The position numbers and the translations under genes are program-made. A stretch of DNA of 64,000 nt from a virus, in the IMG/VR virus record IMGVR_UViG_3300017917_001112, positions 64,001 to 128,000 of that record; one strand, 5' to 3'. Positions 20,562 to 29,703 of this stretch are shown here, piece after piece. The notes under the pieces were generated by a model. That model did no database searches and was not told the origin of the DNA. It saw only the letters and a list, made by a program, of their open reading frames with translations. Numbering within the stretch: the first letter of the stretch is position 1; every line of letters starts with the position of its first letter.

Positions 20562-21631
20562 AAGTTGCGATTATTACAGACCAGCACTTCGGTGCTCGCA
20601 ATGACAGCATAATATTTCTTGATTTCTTTCAGAAGTTTTATGATAATGTGTTCTTTCCTACTATTGATGAACATGGAATTAAGACAGTTCTAATTTTAGG
20701 AGACACATTTGATAGAAGGAAATATGTAAATTTTTATGCACTGAAACGTGCTAAACAAATGTTTTTTGATAAACTGGCAGAGCGTAATATTGATGTTATC
20801 ATGATTGCTGGTAATCATGACACATATTACAAAAATACCAATGATGTTAATTCACCAGAGTTGTTGCTTCAAGAATACGATAACATAACAATAATCAGCA
20901 ATCCACAAACAATTCATCTAGATTACGAAAACCCATCATGTGATGTTTTAATGTTGCCTTGGATTTGTGCTGATAATTATGCACAGACTATGCAAGAACT
21001 AACAAATACATCAGCTACTATATGTATGGGTCATTTAGAAATTTCTGGATTCGCAATGCACAAAGGGATGGAAAGCCATGAAGGTCTGGATAAGAAAACA
21101 TTTGATAAATTTGATTTGGTTTTTAGTGGGCATTATCATCACCGCAGCAATGATGGTCAGATCTACTACCTCGGAAACCCATATGAACTCACTTGGCAGG
21201 ATTACAGAGATCCCAGAGGATTTCACCTGTTTAGCGTACACGACAGACAACTCGAATTTATCGTCAATCCTTATAGTATGTTTGTTAGACTCGAATATGA
21301 CGACAGTACCGAAACAGAGAAGAGAATCGATTTAGATGAACTAGATTTGAAAGATTGTTTTGTAAAACTTGTTGTTGTAAACAAAACAGATTTATATAAA
21401 TTTGACAAATTTACTGCTAAGTTATATACTAAGGGATGTGCTGAAATTAAAATCATTGAGAACTTTTCAGAATACGAAGAGGGAACAATTGATGGTGACA
21501 TCAATCTAGAGGACACTATGTCTGTGCTAGATAATTACATTGATTCTATACAAACAGATGCTGATAAAGAACGCATCAAACAATATATGAAATCACTTTA
21601 TACTGAAGCAATCAATATGGAGGTTTCTTGA
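20558..21631 (+). CDS. gp47: Recombination nuclease gp47 (Mre11-like)
   Basis: TDQHFG, LGDTFD, GNHD, GHYH metallophosphoesterase motifs. Confidence 0.96.
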   Translation: MKVAIITDQHFGARNDSIIFLDFFQKFYDNVFFPTIDEHGIKTVLILGDTFDRRKYVNFYALKRAKQMFFDKLAERNIDVIMIAGNHDTYYKNTNDVNSPELLLQEYDNITIISNPQTIHLDYENPSCDVLMLPWICADNYAQTMQELTNTSATICMGHLEISGFAMHKGMESHEGLDKKTFDKFDLVFSGHYHHRSNDGQIYYLGNPYELTWQDYRDPRGFHLFSVHDRQLEFIVNPYSMFVRLEYDDSTETEKRIDLDELDLKDCFVKLVVVNKTDLYKFDKFTAKLYTKGCAEIKIIENFSEYEEGTIDGDINLEDTMSVLDNYIDSIQTDADKERIKQYMKSLYTEAINMEVS

Positions 21632-23340
21632 TTAAATTTAAATCGATCGAATGGAAAAACTTTCTATCGACTGGAAATTCAGCCAATAAAGTTTTGTTGA
21701 ACAAATCAACAACAACACTTATCGTAGGTAAAAATGGAGAAGGCAAAAGCACAATCTTAGATGCATTGTGCTTTTCATTGTTTGGTAAACCATTTAGAAA
21801 CATCAACAAGCCACAACTGATTAACAGCATCAATCAAAAGAACTGTGTAACAACAGTTGAGTTTTCATCATCAGGTAAAGAATATAAAATTGTTCGTGGT
21901 ATAAAACCAAATGTGTTTGAGATTTGGTGTGATGGTGTACTGCTCAACCAAGAAGCAGCATCACGTGACTATCAAAAGATTTTAGAACAACAAATTCTTA
22001 AAATCAACTATAAAACATTTACGCAGGTTGTTATTCTTGGTAGTGCATCTTTTGTTCCATTTATGCAATTACCATCAGCACAGCGTAGAGAAGTTATTGA
22101 AGACATTTTGGACATACGTGTGTTTAGCGTAATGAATAATGTGTTGAAAGAAAGAATGCAGGAGACAAAAGATGAAATCACAGCAACTGAATCTGCGCTC
22201 ACAATGGCACGTGAGAGGGTTGACAATCAACAGAAAACCATTAAAATCTTGCTCGACTCGAGAAAAGATGCTGTGGCAGCAGTACAGAAAAAGATTGCGG
22301 ATAATGATGTATCTATTCAAACCACGAATGAAAATATTGATGTTCTTGTTTCAGGGATTAATCAACTTAAACAGAGCATCGAGGACAGGACAGATGTTCT
22401 ATCGCAGATCGAGAAAGCGAAAACCCTTACCAATAAGAAAAGCAGTAAGATCGCAGATCTCACTACAACAATAGATTTCTTCAAAGACAACGAGACTTGC
22501 CCTCAGTGTGAACAAGGCATCCCACATGACCACAAATCGCGAATAATTGAGCAAATTCAGAAGGATTTTGAGGAAAATCAGAAGAATATTGACGACCTTA
22601 CAGCAGCACTAGGGAAACTAGAGGAAAGACTAGAAAAGATCAATGAAATACAGAATTTAATCTCTGATAAGAATATCGAGGTATCAACAGCCAACCAGAC
22701 TATTACTATGTTGAATAAAATAAACAGAGAGTTACAAGAAGAGATTGATAAAACCAAGAGTGATACAACCAATGTTGATGAGGAGAAAGCAAAACTCAAG
22801 ACAATGGCTGAAGAAGCAGTATCACATGTAAACAGAAAAACAGAACTAGTAGAACATAAGCAGTATCAGGAACTAGCATCTAGTTTGTTGCGTGACACTG
22901 GTATTAAAACAACAATCATTCGCGAATATCTACCAGTAATGAACAAACTAATTAACAAGTATTTGTCTGCTATGGATTTCTATGTTCACTTTGAACTTGA
23001 TGAGACATTTACTGAGAAAATAAAAGCAAGGTATCGTGACGAATTTACATATGAGTCATTCTCTGAGGGTGAGAAAATGCGTATTGATTTGGCTATATTA
23101 TTCACATGGCGTCAGATTGCTAAGATGAAAAACAGCGTCAATACCAATTTGTTAATACTTGACGAGATTTTTGATAGTTCTCTAGATGTAGCAGGTACAG
23201 ATTATTTCTTAACTCTGATGAACACATTCGATGATAAGACAAATGTATTTGTTATATCACACAAAGGCGATCAGTTGTTTGATAAATTCCGCAGTGTGAT
23301 TAAGTTTGAAAAACAAAATGATTTTTCGGTGATTGTATGA
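21628..23340 (+). CDS. gp46: Recombination ATPase gp46 (Rad50-like)
   Basis: GKNGEGKST, CPQC hook, FSEGEKMRIDLA, LDEIFD, ISH. Confidence 0.96.
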   Translation: MIKFKSIEWKNFLSTGNSANKVLLNKSTTTLIVGKNGEGKSTILDALCFSLFGKPFRNINKPQLINSINQKNCVTTVEFSSSGKEYKIVRGIKPNVFEIWCDGVLLNQEAASRDYQKILEQQILKINYKTFTQVVILGSASFVPFMQLPSAQRREVIEDILDIRVFSVMNNVLKERMQETKDEITATESALTMARERVDNQQKTIKILLDSRKDAVAAVQKKIADNDVSIQTTNENIDVLVSGINQLKQSIEDRTDVLSQIEKAKTLTNKKSSKIADLTTTIDFFKDNETCPQCEQGIPHDHKSRIIEQIQKDFEENQKNIDDLTAALGKLEERLEKINEIQNLISDKNIEVSTANQTITMLNKINRELQEEIDKTKSDTTNVDEEKAKLKTMAEEAVSHVNRKTELVEHKQYQELASSLLRDTGIKTTIIREYLPVMNKLINKYLSAMDFYVHFELDETFTEKIKARYRDEFTYESFSEGEKMRIDLAILFTWRQIAKMKNSVNTNLLILDEIFDSSLDVAGTDYFLTLMNTFDDKTNVFVISHKGDQLFDKFRSVIKFEKQNDFSVIV

Positions 23341-23383
23341 TGCGTAATGTAAGTATGTTAGATGATATATAGAAAGGATTAAT

Positions 23384-23845
23384 ATGTCAGAATTAGTGAA
23401 CTATGCGAAAAACGAATTAGATATTATCGGTATGAAAGAAGGCGATGATCTGAATGGTGCAATGAGAAAACACTTACTACACATGATAGAACAGTTTAGT
23501 GAAGAAGGTCATTCTGGATTCTCTGCAAATTATGCGATTAGTTGTTTGGAGAAACTGATGAGGTATCAACCATTATCTCCTCTCACTGGTAATGATGATG
23601 AATGGACTGAGGTCGCAGAAGATAAACTAATTGGTGGTAAAATCTGGCAAAATAACAGATGCTATCGTGTGTTTAAAGATGAAAATGGAGCATATGATAG
23701 TGAGGGGATTGTTTTCTACACAATGGAAATTGATGATGAGGGCAAGCCATTTAAATCATACTTCACATCATCTGATAGTAGAGTATCAATTACTTTTCCA
23801 TATGTGCCAGAGCGAATCTATAAAGAAAAACCAAAAGAAGAATGA
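23384..23845 (+). CDS. Hypothetical protein
   Basis: SD-led; contains GHSGFS and PLSPLTG..DEW. Confidence 0.65.
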   Translation: MSELVNYAKNELDIIGMKEGDDLNGAMRKHLLHMIEQFSEEGHSGFSANYAISCLEKLMRYQPLSPLTGNDDEWTEVAEDKLIGGKIWQNNRCYRVFKDENGAYDSEGIVFYTMEIDDEGKPFKSYFTSSDSRVSITFPYVPERIYKEKPKEE

Positions 23846-23979
23846 CAGAGCAAGAGATTCTAAATTTCTATAAACAACTTGAAGAGTATTATGGTGATAA
23901 ATTGGCAAACTTCGAGCACTACCCACGCATATTTGCTCATCAAGTAAAATTATACAAATATTATAAAGGTATGTTATGA
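23842..23979 (+). CDS. Small hypothetical protein (45 aa, not in ORF track)
   Basis: MTEQEILNFYKQLEEYYGDKLANFEHYPRIFAHQVKLYKYYKGML; ATGA overlaps at both ends. Confidence 0.6.
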   Translation: MTEQEILNFYKQLEEYYGDKLANFEHYPRIFAHQVKLYKYYKGML

Positions 23980-24599
23980 TTGATCCAGTAATTCAACCAA
24001 TATTTCCTATTCCTGTTGTGTTATCACAATTAGATAGAGATTGGACTGCTGAGGAAAAACAGTTCTTTGCCAAACAGAACAGCAAACAAATGCGTAATGT
24101 GGGCAACACCATGAGCAAGAACACCTATATCTTAAATGAACCAGAACTCGCTGGTTTGAAAGCAGAGATTGATGATGTGCTCAAACAATATGTTGATAAC
24201 ATTATCGCACCACAGAATGATGATGTTGAGATATACATTACTCAGTCGTGGATGAACTGGACAAGGAAGGGTGAGTGGCATCACAAACACACACATAGCA
24301 ACAGCTACTTGTCTGGTGTTGTATACATAAATGCAGATGAGAAAGTTGATAAGATTGTGTTCATTAATGATGTGTACAGAACTATCAAATTTACTCATAA
24401 AGAAGTAAATCATTTTAACACAGAGACATGGGATTTCACATCTCGTCCTGGAATGTTGGTACTATTTCCTTCGTGGTTACAACACATGGTTGAAATGAAA
24501 GGCGAAGGACATTCTAACACAAGAATCAGTTTAGCATTTAACACATTTGTTCGTGGCACATTGGGTGCCAGCAATGCACTAACGGAGTTGAAACTATGA
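23976..24599 (+). CDS. 2OG-Fe(II) oxygenase-like protein (TIGR02466-type)
   Basis: QSWMN, HHKHTH, SGVVY, FPSWLQHMV, RISLAFN. Confidence 0.8.
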   Translation: MIDPVIQPIFPIPVVLSQLDRDWTAEEKQFFAKQNSKQMRNVGNTMSKNTYILNEPELAGLKAEIDDVLKQYVDNIIAPQNDDVEIYITQSWMNWTRKGEWHHKHTHSNSYLSGVVYINADEKVDKIVFINDVYRTIKFTHKEVNHFNTETWDFTSRPGMLVLFPSWLQHMVEMKGEGHSNTRISLAFNTFVRGTLGASNALTELKL

Positions 24600-24805
24600 G
24601 CGACACACCTGTATACATTGACCCACTCACACGTTTGAAACAAGAACGTGAACTACGCAAGGCAAAGAAAAAAGTACGCAAGGAAATTGAGCCAAAGATA
24701 GGTAAAAAAGCAGCAAAACATTTTGTTAAGAAAGCAGCAAACAAAGTGATGGCTGACAGAGCAATTGAACAGAAAGTTATGAAACATGCTGCGAGAGGTG
24801 GATGA
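24596..24805 (+). CDS. Small basic hypothetical protein
   Basis: Coupled, Lys-rich. Confidence 0.55.
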   Translation: MSDTPVYIDPLTRLKQERELRKAKKKVRKEIEPKIGKKAAKHFVKKAANKVMADRAIEQKVMKHAARGG

Positions 24806-24942
24806 TGAAACGCTACTGTTGCGATAACCTATGTCAACAAGGCAGACACTGCCCAAACCGAAAAGAAAGAGAAATGCCCTATGGGATGTTGGCTACATTT
24901 GCCATCACTGTATTCCTACTTTGCTTAGTTAGTATCCACTAA
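24802..24942 (+). CDS. Small Cys-rich membrane protein (not in ORF track)
   Basis: MMKRYCCDNLCQQGRHCPNRK followed by a C-terminal hydrophobic helix. Confidence 0.55.
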   Translation: MMKRYCCDNLCQQGRHCPNRKEREMPYGMLATFAITVFLLCLVSIH

Positions 24943-24947
24943 CTTAT

Positions 24948-25012
24948 TAACCCTACGACCTGTAGGGTTATTTCCGAAAATGCTTGACATTTATTCGGTT
25001 TTCAGATAGAAT
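24948..25012 (+). promoter_or_regulatory. Palindrome + sigma70 early promoter cassette 1
   Basis: TAACCCTAC-gacct-GTAGGGTTA (24948-70), TTGACA at 24984, TAGAAT at 25007. Confidence 0.85.
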
Positions 25013-25018
25013 TAAGGT

Positions 25019-25237
25019 ATGAAAATTGAATTGAACGATGTCTTAAAGTGGGTTGCCTGTGCTGTAACCCTTGCAGGTGCTCTCTGCACCAGTCTCCGTA
25101 TAGATCCCCTGAACATTTATTTGCTCAACGCAGGTGCCCTGTTGTACCTCGTCTGGAGCATCCGTATCCGTGAGTGGAATCTCTCAGCTGTGAACGCTGG
25201 TCTATTGACCATATATGTGGTAGGGTTATTCGCTTGA
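25019..25237 (+). CDS. Small membrane protein (about 3 TM), probably leaderless
   Basis: Hydrophobic; ATG 6 nt after the -10 box. Confidence 0.7.
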   Translation: MKIELNDVLKWVACAVTLAGALCTSLRIDPLNIYLLNAGALLYLVWSIRIREWNLSAVNAGLLTIYVVGLFA

Positions 25238-25262
25238 CGAAAATTCGGTTTTCAGATAGAAT
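25206..25262 (+). promoter_or_regulatory. Palindrome + sigma70 promoter cassette 2
   Basis: tgACCaTAt-atgtg-GTAGGGTTA, then TTGACG-N17-TAGAAT. Confidence 0.75.
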
Positions 25263-25295
25263 TATACTATGATGAATAGAAAAGGAAATGAAATG
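25232..25295 (+). repeat. 64-bp direct repeat, copy 1 (promoter + RBS + ATG)
   Basis: 63/64 identical to 26020-26083. Confidence 0.9.
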
Positions 25296-25565
25296 TTAAA
25301 TGTGAATGTTGGTGATGTGATTCGTGCTTATGACTTCAAACCGATGGTTGGTCGTGAAGACTGCTTCGTTGAAGGTGTTGTTGAGCAAGTTAAAAACAAT
25401 GAGCAAGGATATACTGCTTTCAAGATTACTGCTACCAAAGATGTGTTTGGTGGTGAGACCCAACCGAAAGGCAAACACTCTCGTGTTGGTAAAATCGTGT
25501 TCGTACCGCATGAAGTTTCCTTCATGGAATATGCTGGTCGTGTGATTAACCTGTCGAGGATTTAA
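25293..25565 (+). CDS. Early hypothetical protein
   Basis: SD AAAGGA; VGDVIRAYDF. Confidence 0.7.
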   Translation: MLNVNVGDVIRAYDFKPMVGREDCFVEGVVEQVKNNEQGYTAFKITATKDVFGGETQPKGKHSRVGKIVFVPHEVSFMEYAGRVINLSRI

Positions 25566-25566
25566 T

Positions 25567-25815
25567 ATGAGAATGAAACGAATTGTTGCTGGTCTTAACA
25601 ATACACAAAAGATCCGTGTGATCATCGATGGTGTGGGTTTCGTGACTGATGTGTATGGAATGTCAGAAATGCCCATCGTGAGTCAGCGTGCCAGCGTGTG
25701 GCAGGTGTTAGAGCAGATGGCTATGCGTGGTGACAAAGGCATGGCTACACGGATAACCTACTACGACAATGCCATGAAGGCAGGAACGCATGACATTCAG
25801 GTCGACCTGCTTTGA
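25567..25815 (+). CDS. Early hypothetical protein
   Basis: Tightly packed ORF in early operon. Confidence 0.6.
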   Translation: MRMKRIVAGLNNTQKIRVIIDGVGFVTDVYGMSEMPIVSQRASVWQVLEQMAMRGDKGMATRITYYDNAMKAGTHDIQVDLL

Positions 25816-25839
25816 AAATGAAATGAAGGAAACTGTATA

Positions 25840-26025
25840 ATGTTGAATGATGTAATTTTTAATGGTCTGACTCGCCATCAAATGGTCTGTCAGATTCACC
25901 TAGAAACTGATACGTCCAGCTGGTGCTATCGTGCTACGAATGAGCAGTTGATCAAGGGTTACAAAGAAATCTTTGGTCTAACGGATACCCCTACAGACTG
26001 TAAGGTTATTCCCGAAAGTGCTTGA
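25840..26025 (+). CDS. Early hypothetical protein
   Basis: SD-led ORF whose 3' end runs into cassette 3. Confidence 0.55.
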   Translation: MLNDVIFNGLTRHQMVCQIHLETDTSSWCYRATNEQLIKGYKEIFGLTDTPTDCKVIPESA

Positions 26026-26050
26026 CGAAAATTCGGTTTTCAGATAGAAT
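25986..26050 (+). promoter_or_regulatory. Palindrome + sigma70 promoter cassette 3
   Basis: TACCCCTAC-agact-GTAAGGTTA, TTGACG at 26022, TAGAAT at 26045. Confidence 0.85.
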
Positions 26051-26083
26051 TATACTATGATGAATAAAAAAGGAAATGAAATG
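26020..26083 (+). repeat. 64-bp direct repeat, copy 2
   Basis: 63/64 identical to 25232-25295. Confidence 0.9.
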
Positions 26084-26236
26084 AAAGGTTCTATCCGTTT
26101 GATCGTTGGTATCCTAGTCGTGTTTGGTGCTGTTGGTGGTATCGATGCAGGAAATGATTTGTTGCCTTGTGTTGCTCTCGCAGTGCTTGGTTTGTTTGTA
26201 ATGAGTAGTGGCGTTCGTGCCATGGAGAAAGTTTGA
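26081..26236 (+). CDS. Small 2-TM membrane protein (51 aa, not in ORF track)
   Basis: MKGSIRLIVGILVVFGAVGGIDAGNDLLPCVALAVLGLFVMSSGVRAMEKV after the cassette SD. Confidence 0.7.
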   Translation: MKGSIRLIVGILVVFGAVGGIDAGNDLLPCVALAVLGLFVMSSGVRAMEKV

Positions 26237-26520
26237 TGTTGAAGTGTGTTTGTCCTGTTTGTAATGGTTCTGGTCGTAGACCTGCTGGCGATTATGCCTA
26301 TAAAAATGTGATCGCTGGCTACGACAAAGAAACCGATACGCTACCCTGCAGAAACTGTGGTGGTCAGTATATGTATGGTTCACCGACTGGTGAGGTTCGT
26401 GCTCGTCCTGACGGAACTCCGTGTGTTCACGAATACACCAGCAGAACTGTTGGTCGTTGTCTGACTCAGTATACCTGCAAACACTGTGGTGACACATATC
26501 AAATTGATAGTGGAGATTGA
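26236..26520 (+). CDS. Zn-finger protein
   Basis: CPVCNGSG, CRNCGG, CVH, CKHCG. Confidence 0.7.
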   Translation: MLKCVCPVCNGSGRRPAGDYAYKNVIAGYDKETDTLPCRNCGGQYMYGSPTGEVRARPDGTPCVHEYTSRTVGRCLTQYTCKHCGDTYQIDSGD

Positions 26521-26522
26521 TT

Positions 26523-26699
26523 ATGAATGATTATGATTTGGTAAAAACAGTTGTAAATAAATTGCACGAAAAGTATGACACCTATGCTCATGCTGCTGGA
26601 TATCTTGAGTCGACAGTTGTTGGACTGCTACAAGGCGAATCACCTGATGATGTCCGTCGTCGCTTGAATAACATGTTGAAAGAAATGGAGAATGTATAA
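26523..26699 (+). CDS. Early hypothetical protein
   Basis: Packed ORF. Confidence 0.55.
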   Translation: MNDYDLVKTVVNKLHEKYDTYAHAAGYLESTVVGLLQGESPDDVRRRLNNMLKEMENV

Positions 26700-26935
26700 T
26701 GGGTTACTTTAGCAATCTTTCAGTTGATATTGTTGAGTTGTTTGAGAATGGATATTCCATCGAGGACATTGCTTCGAAGGTAAACCAACCCTTTGAGGCA
26801 GTAAAAGAAATCGTGGAAGCATATGTAAATGATGAGTACGATTGCGATCCAGGTGAAATGGACGGAGACTTTGATTCTGCCATGGCATCTGCTGGTTATG
26901 GTACTGATGAAGACTATGGTTTTTATGGAGAATAA
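26699..26935 (+). CDS. Acidic hypothetical protein with HTH-like segment
   Basis: GYSIEDIASKV; acidic tail ASAGYGTDEDYG. Confidence 0.6.
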   Translation: MGYFSNLSVDIVELFENGYSIEDIASKVNQPFEAVKEIVEAYVNDEYDCDPGEMDGDFDSAMASAGYGTDEDYGFYGE

Positions 26936-26936
26936 A

Positions 26937-27170
26937 ATGCAAACAAGAGAATTTCGTGGACAAGTTTTTGACGCTACCCATGGTAGTCCCTTTGATCGTG
27001 GCTCAGCTGACAGCTGGTATAGTCGTCCGCAAGAACCACACTGGTATCCTGAGGGAACTGGGTTTGGTCAGCGAGTTGAGTCAAAAGACATGAGCATGGC
27101 AGAGTTGCGTGCTTACTTCGCTGGTTATGAATACAATGAACAGTTTGGTGGCAAGAAAGATTATACATAA
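26937..27170 (+). CDS. Early hypothetical protein
   Basis: HGSPFDRGSADSWY motif; start reassigned to the SD-led ATG. Confidence 0.65.
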   Translation: MQTREFRGQVFDATHGSPFDRGSADSWYSRPQEPHWYPEGTGFGQRVESKDMSMAELRAYFAGYEYNEQFGGKKDYT

Positions 27171-27391
27171 TGCCAATTCGAACAAGACAGGTAGTTGTTG
27201 TGAACAAATGCCAGTGTCGCAAGTGTGGTGACATCATTGAAAGCAAACATCGCCATGATTTTGTGCAATGTAAATGTGGTGCCATCTTTACTGATGGTGG
27301 TAAATCTTATATTCGTAGGGGTGCAAAAGACTTTGATGACATCATCGACATGAGCGAGTCTTACGAAGAGGAGTATGAAAGCCAATGGTAG
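27170..27391 (+). CDS. Small Zn-binding protein
   Basis: CRKCGDIIESKHRHDFVQCKCGAIFTDGG. Confidence 0.7.
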   Translation: MPIRTRQVVVVNKCQCRKCGDIIESKHRHDFVQCKCGAIFTDGGKSYIRRGAKDFDDIIDMSESYEEEYESQW

Positions 27392-27606
27392 TAGAAATGA
27401 ATGTTGAATTTGTTTATGTCCTACAAATGATGTGTGACGGAGAACAAGAAATCATTGACATTTTCCGTCATGAGACAGATGCCGTTGACCGAGCAAGAGA
27501 CATCGCAGAGTACGCAGATCTACCTGAGGATGAAGACAGTGGTGGCAACAGCTGGTCAAATGATTTTGGCACATGCATTTGGATTGAAAGAAAAGAACTG
27601 GTATGA
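27385..27606 (+). CDS. Early hypothetical protein
   Basis: Packed acidic ORF. Confidence 0.55.
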   Translation: MVVEMNVEFVYVLQMMCDGEQEIIDIFRHETDAVDRARDIAEYADLPEDEDSGGNSWSNDFGTCIWIERKELV

Positions 27607-28022
27607 TACGCTGGATTGAAAATTGTAGCATGAGTGATATTCATCTTGGTCATCACAGCGACCTTGGGAATAACACCATGCTCATTCGCATTCAAGACCC
27701 TGCTACAGAATTTATGCCAACCAAGCATTTATTCAAAGAGGTCTACTGTTTTGAGTTTCTGGATGCAGAGGATGAGGATGGTTTTGATGAAGACTTCAAA
27801 ATCAATGACAGCCAAGCCAATGAACTTGTCATGCTACTGAGTCATGCAATGGAGAAAAGCATGAACGTGCTGGTTCACTGCCATGCTGGTATCTGCCGTA
27901 GTGGTGCTGTTGTTGAGGTAGGAACCATGATGGGTTTCACTGCCACTGAACGCTACCGTCAGCCAAACCTGCGTGTAAAACAAAAGATGATGAAGATTCT
28001 TGGAGCTACCTATGATTCGTAA
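27603..28022 (+). CDS. Cys-based phosphatase (PTP/DSP fold)
   Basis: VHCHAGICRS matches the HCxxGxxRS signature. Confidence 0.8.
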   Translation: MIRWIENCSMSDIHLGHHSDLGNNTMLIRIQDPATEFMPTKHLFKEVYCFEFLDAEDEDGFDEDFKINDSQANELVMLLSHAMEKSMNVLVHCHAGICRSGAVVEVGTMMGFTATERYRQPNLRVKQKMMKILGATYDS

Positions 28023-28227
28023 GAAACAATTCCGTGATGCACTGATAATTGACCTGACTGGACCAGATGGCAATGCATTTTCTCTGCTTGCCTTTGCGAG
28101 TAAGTTTGCTCAGCGATTGGGTATGGACAGTAAGGCAATTACAGATGAGATGCGCTCAGGTGACTATGAAAACCTAATCGCTACCTTTGATAAATACTTT
28201 GGCGATTATGTAATTTTGGAGAGATGA
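28012..28227 (+). CDS. Early hypothetical protein
   Basis: IDLTGPDGNAF...MRSGDYENLI. Confidence 0.65.
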   Translation: MIRKKQFRDALIIDLTGPDGNAFSLLAFASKFAQRLGMDSKAITDEMRSGDYENLIATFDKYFGDYVILER

Positions 28228-28449
28228 ATGTCAATCACAATCCCACAAGAGGTAGCTGATGGTATCACAGTTGCCAATCTAAAAGACTGGCGTGACTATC
28301 TGCAGTCAGAACTAAATGCATGGTATGAAAATCCAAAGACAGAGGACAATCCCAATGGCAACTGGATTCATCCTGAGGACATTGCTTCCAATCACAATTA
28401 TATTCGTGCTTGCAATCTGTTAATTAAAGCATTTGGAGGATCAGAATGA
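28228..28449 (+). CDS. Early hypothetical protein
   Basis: Packed ORF with SD. Confidence 0.6.
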   Translation: MSITIPQEVADGITVANLKDWRDYLQSELNAWYENPKTEDNPNGNWIHPEDIASNHNYIRACNLLIKAFGGSE

Positions 28450-28512
28450 TTTATCTAATAGCAATTGTAGTTGCCCTACTCATTTGGTTACTTGTATGGG
28501 TAGGAGATAACA

Positions 28513-28806
28513 ATGACAATGAATAGATGTCTCGAGTGTGGTAAGCCAGCAGACTGGATAAGACACACACAATTCTCAGGCGACCATCCCTACTGCGAAG
28601 AGCATGCAAAGGCAGAATCAGACTTCGGTCAGGAAGACAGTTACACCTACTGGGAAAACATTGCCCAGACAGCATTCTTCGACTGGTTTCATGCTCCACT
28701 GGAATCAGGCAAACTACGCAGTGAAGTCTTTTACAATGAACTAAACCCAGAGAAGGCAACAACATGGTTACAACAAGCATTCGACGCAGGACGCAACCAA
28801 TCTTGA
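28513..28806 (+). CDS. Zn-finger-containing hypothetical protein
   Basis: CLECGKPA...YCEEH; SD AGGAG. Confidence 0.6.
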   Translation: MTMNRCLECGKPADWIRHTQFSGDHPYCEEHAKAESDFGQEDSYTYWENIAQTAFFDWFHAPLESGKLRSEVFYNELNPEKATTWLQQAFDAGRNQS

Positions 28807-28842
28807 GGGAGATCCTAAAGGAATTTTTTTACGGAGTCTATT

Positions 28843-29040
28843 ATGGCTATCATAACACTTACAAAGACAGAACTAGAGAAAATACTTACATTAATGAGCA
28901 AGCACGGAAATACAACAGTTACAATAAACAGTGACAATTCCAGTGGCATAGGTCCAATCGTTACTGCTGAGTTGGATCTAATCATCAGTGGAACAGAGGG
29001 AAAGTTTACCGTTGAGATTACAGGTGTAGATTCATGGTAA
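28843..29040 (+). CDS. Early hypothetical protein
   Basis: SSGIG motif; SD GGAG. Confidence 0.6.
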   Translation: MAIITLTKTELEKILTLMSKHGNTTVTINSDNSSGIGPIVTAELDLIISGTEGKFTVEITGVDSW

Positions 29041-29189
29041 ACAATAGGGTTTATGTTCTCCCTTGTGGAAATGAAGCAGTCATCGTTGGAATCAGTGATG
29101 ATGATAAGAAATACATTGTAGAATATGACGATGGTAAGATGGCAGAGGTGAATAAGTGGCAGTGTAAACCAATAGATGTGGATGGGTAG
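29034..29189 (+). CDS. Small hypothetical protein (51 aa, not in ORF track)
   Basis: MVNNRVYVLPCGNEAVIVGISDDDKKYIVEYDDGKMAEVNKWQCKPIDVDG. Confidence 0.45.
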   Translation: MVNNRVYVLPCGNEAVIVGISDDDKKYIVEYDDGKMAEVNKWQCKPIDVDG

Positions 29190-29259
29190 CGTGTGTATGT
29201 GCTGTATTTAGTGGTCGATGTGTTCGAAGGGTTGGATTAATTATTTTTGAAAGAAAAGA

Positions 29260-29589
29260 ATGCCAGGAGTTTATCGCTTAAAAGAGTGTCCTACTTGCGG
29301 TGTTGAGCATCGCAGACGTGGACCACATTGCTCTCGCAGTTGTGGACAGAAAGCACGTGTCCTCACTGATGATCACAAGCGTAAAATTGCGGACAGTAAT
29401 CGTGAACACATGGCTAGTGATAGTCCGAGTGCTGAGAAGAGCAAGTGGATTATTACTCAGCAGAAGAAGGGACAGGGTAAGACAGAGCAGCAGCTGGAAC
29501 AGGAGATGGATGGCTGGAGTATTGTGCCTCCACATGGACTGGACAGACAGTATGAGAAGGATGCAGACGGAGATATCTGGTTTTCATAG
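29260..29589 (+). CDS. Zn-ribbon + NUMOD3-like DNA-binding protein
   Basis: CPTCG...CSRSC, then TDDHKRKIADS; no nuclease domain seen. Confidence 0.55.
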   Translation: MPGVYRLKECPTCGVEHRRRGPHCSRSCGQKARVLTDDHKRKIADSNREHMASDSPSAEKSKWIITQQKKGQGKTEQQLEQEMDGWSIVPPHGLDRQYEKDADGDIWFS

Positions 29590-29607
29590 GCAAATCAAGG
29601 ACTTGTA

Positions 29608-29672
29608 TACCCCTACAGGTTGAAGGGTTATTCTGGCAGGGTATTGACAATAATTCGGATTCCAGGCATAAT
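29608..29672 (+). promoter_or_regulatory. Palindrome + sigma70 promoter cassette 4
   Basis: TACCCCTAC-aggtt-GAAGGGTTA, TTGACA at 29644, CATAAT at 29667. Confidence 0.85.
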
Positions 29673-29703
29673 TACTCTATTGATTATGAAAAAGGAACTG
29701 AAA

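Noticed and set aside
29260-29589. Homing endonuclease
   Set aside because: Only Zn-ribbon and NUMOD3-like segments are present; no HNH or GIY-YIG motif.
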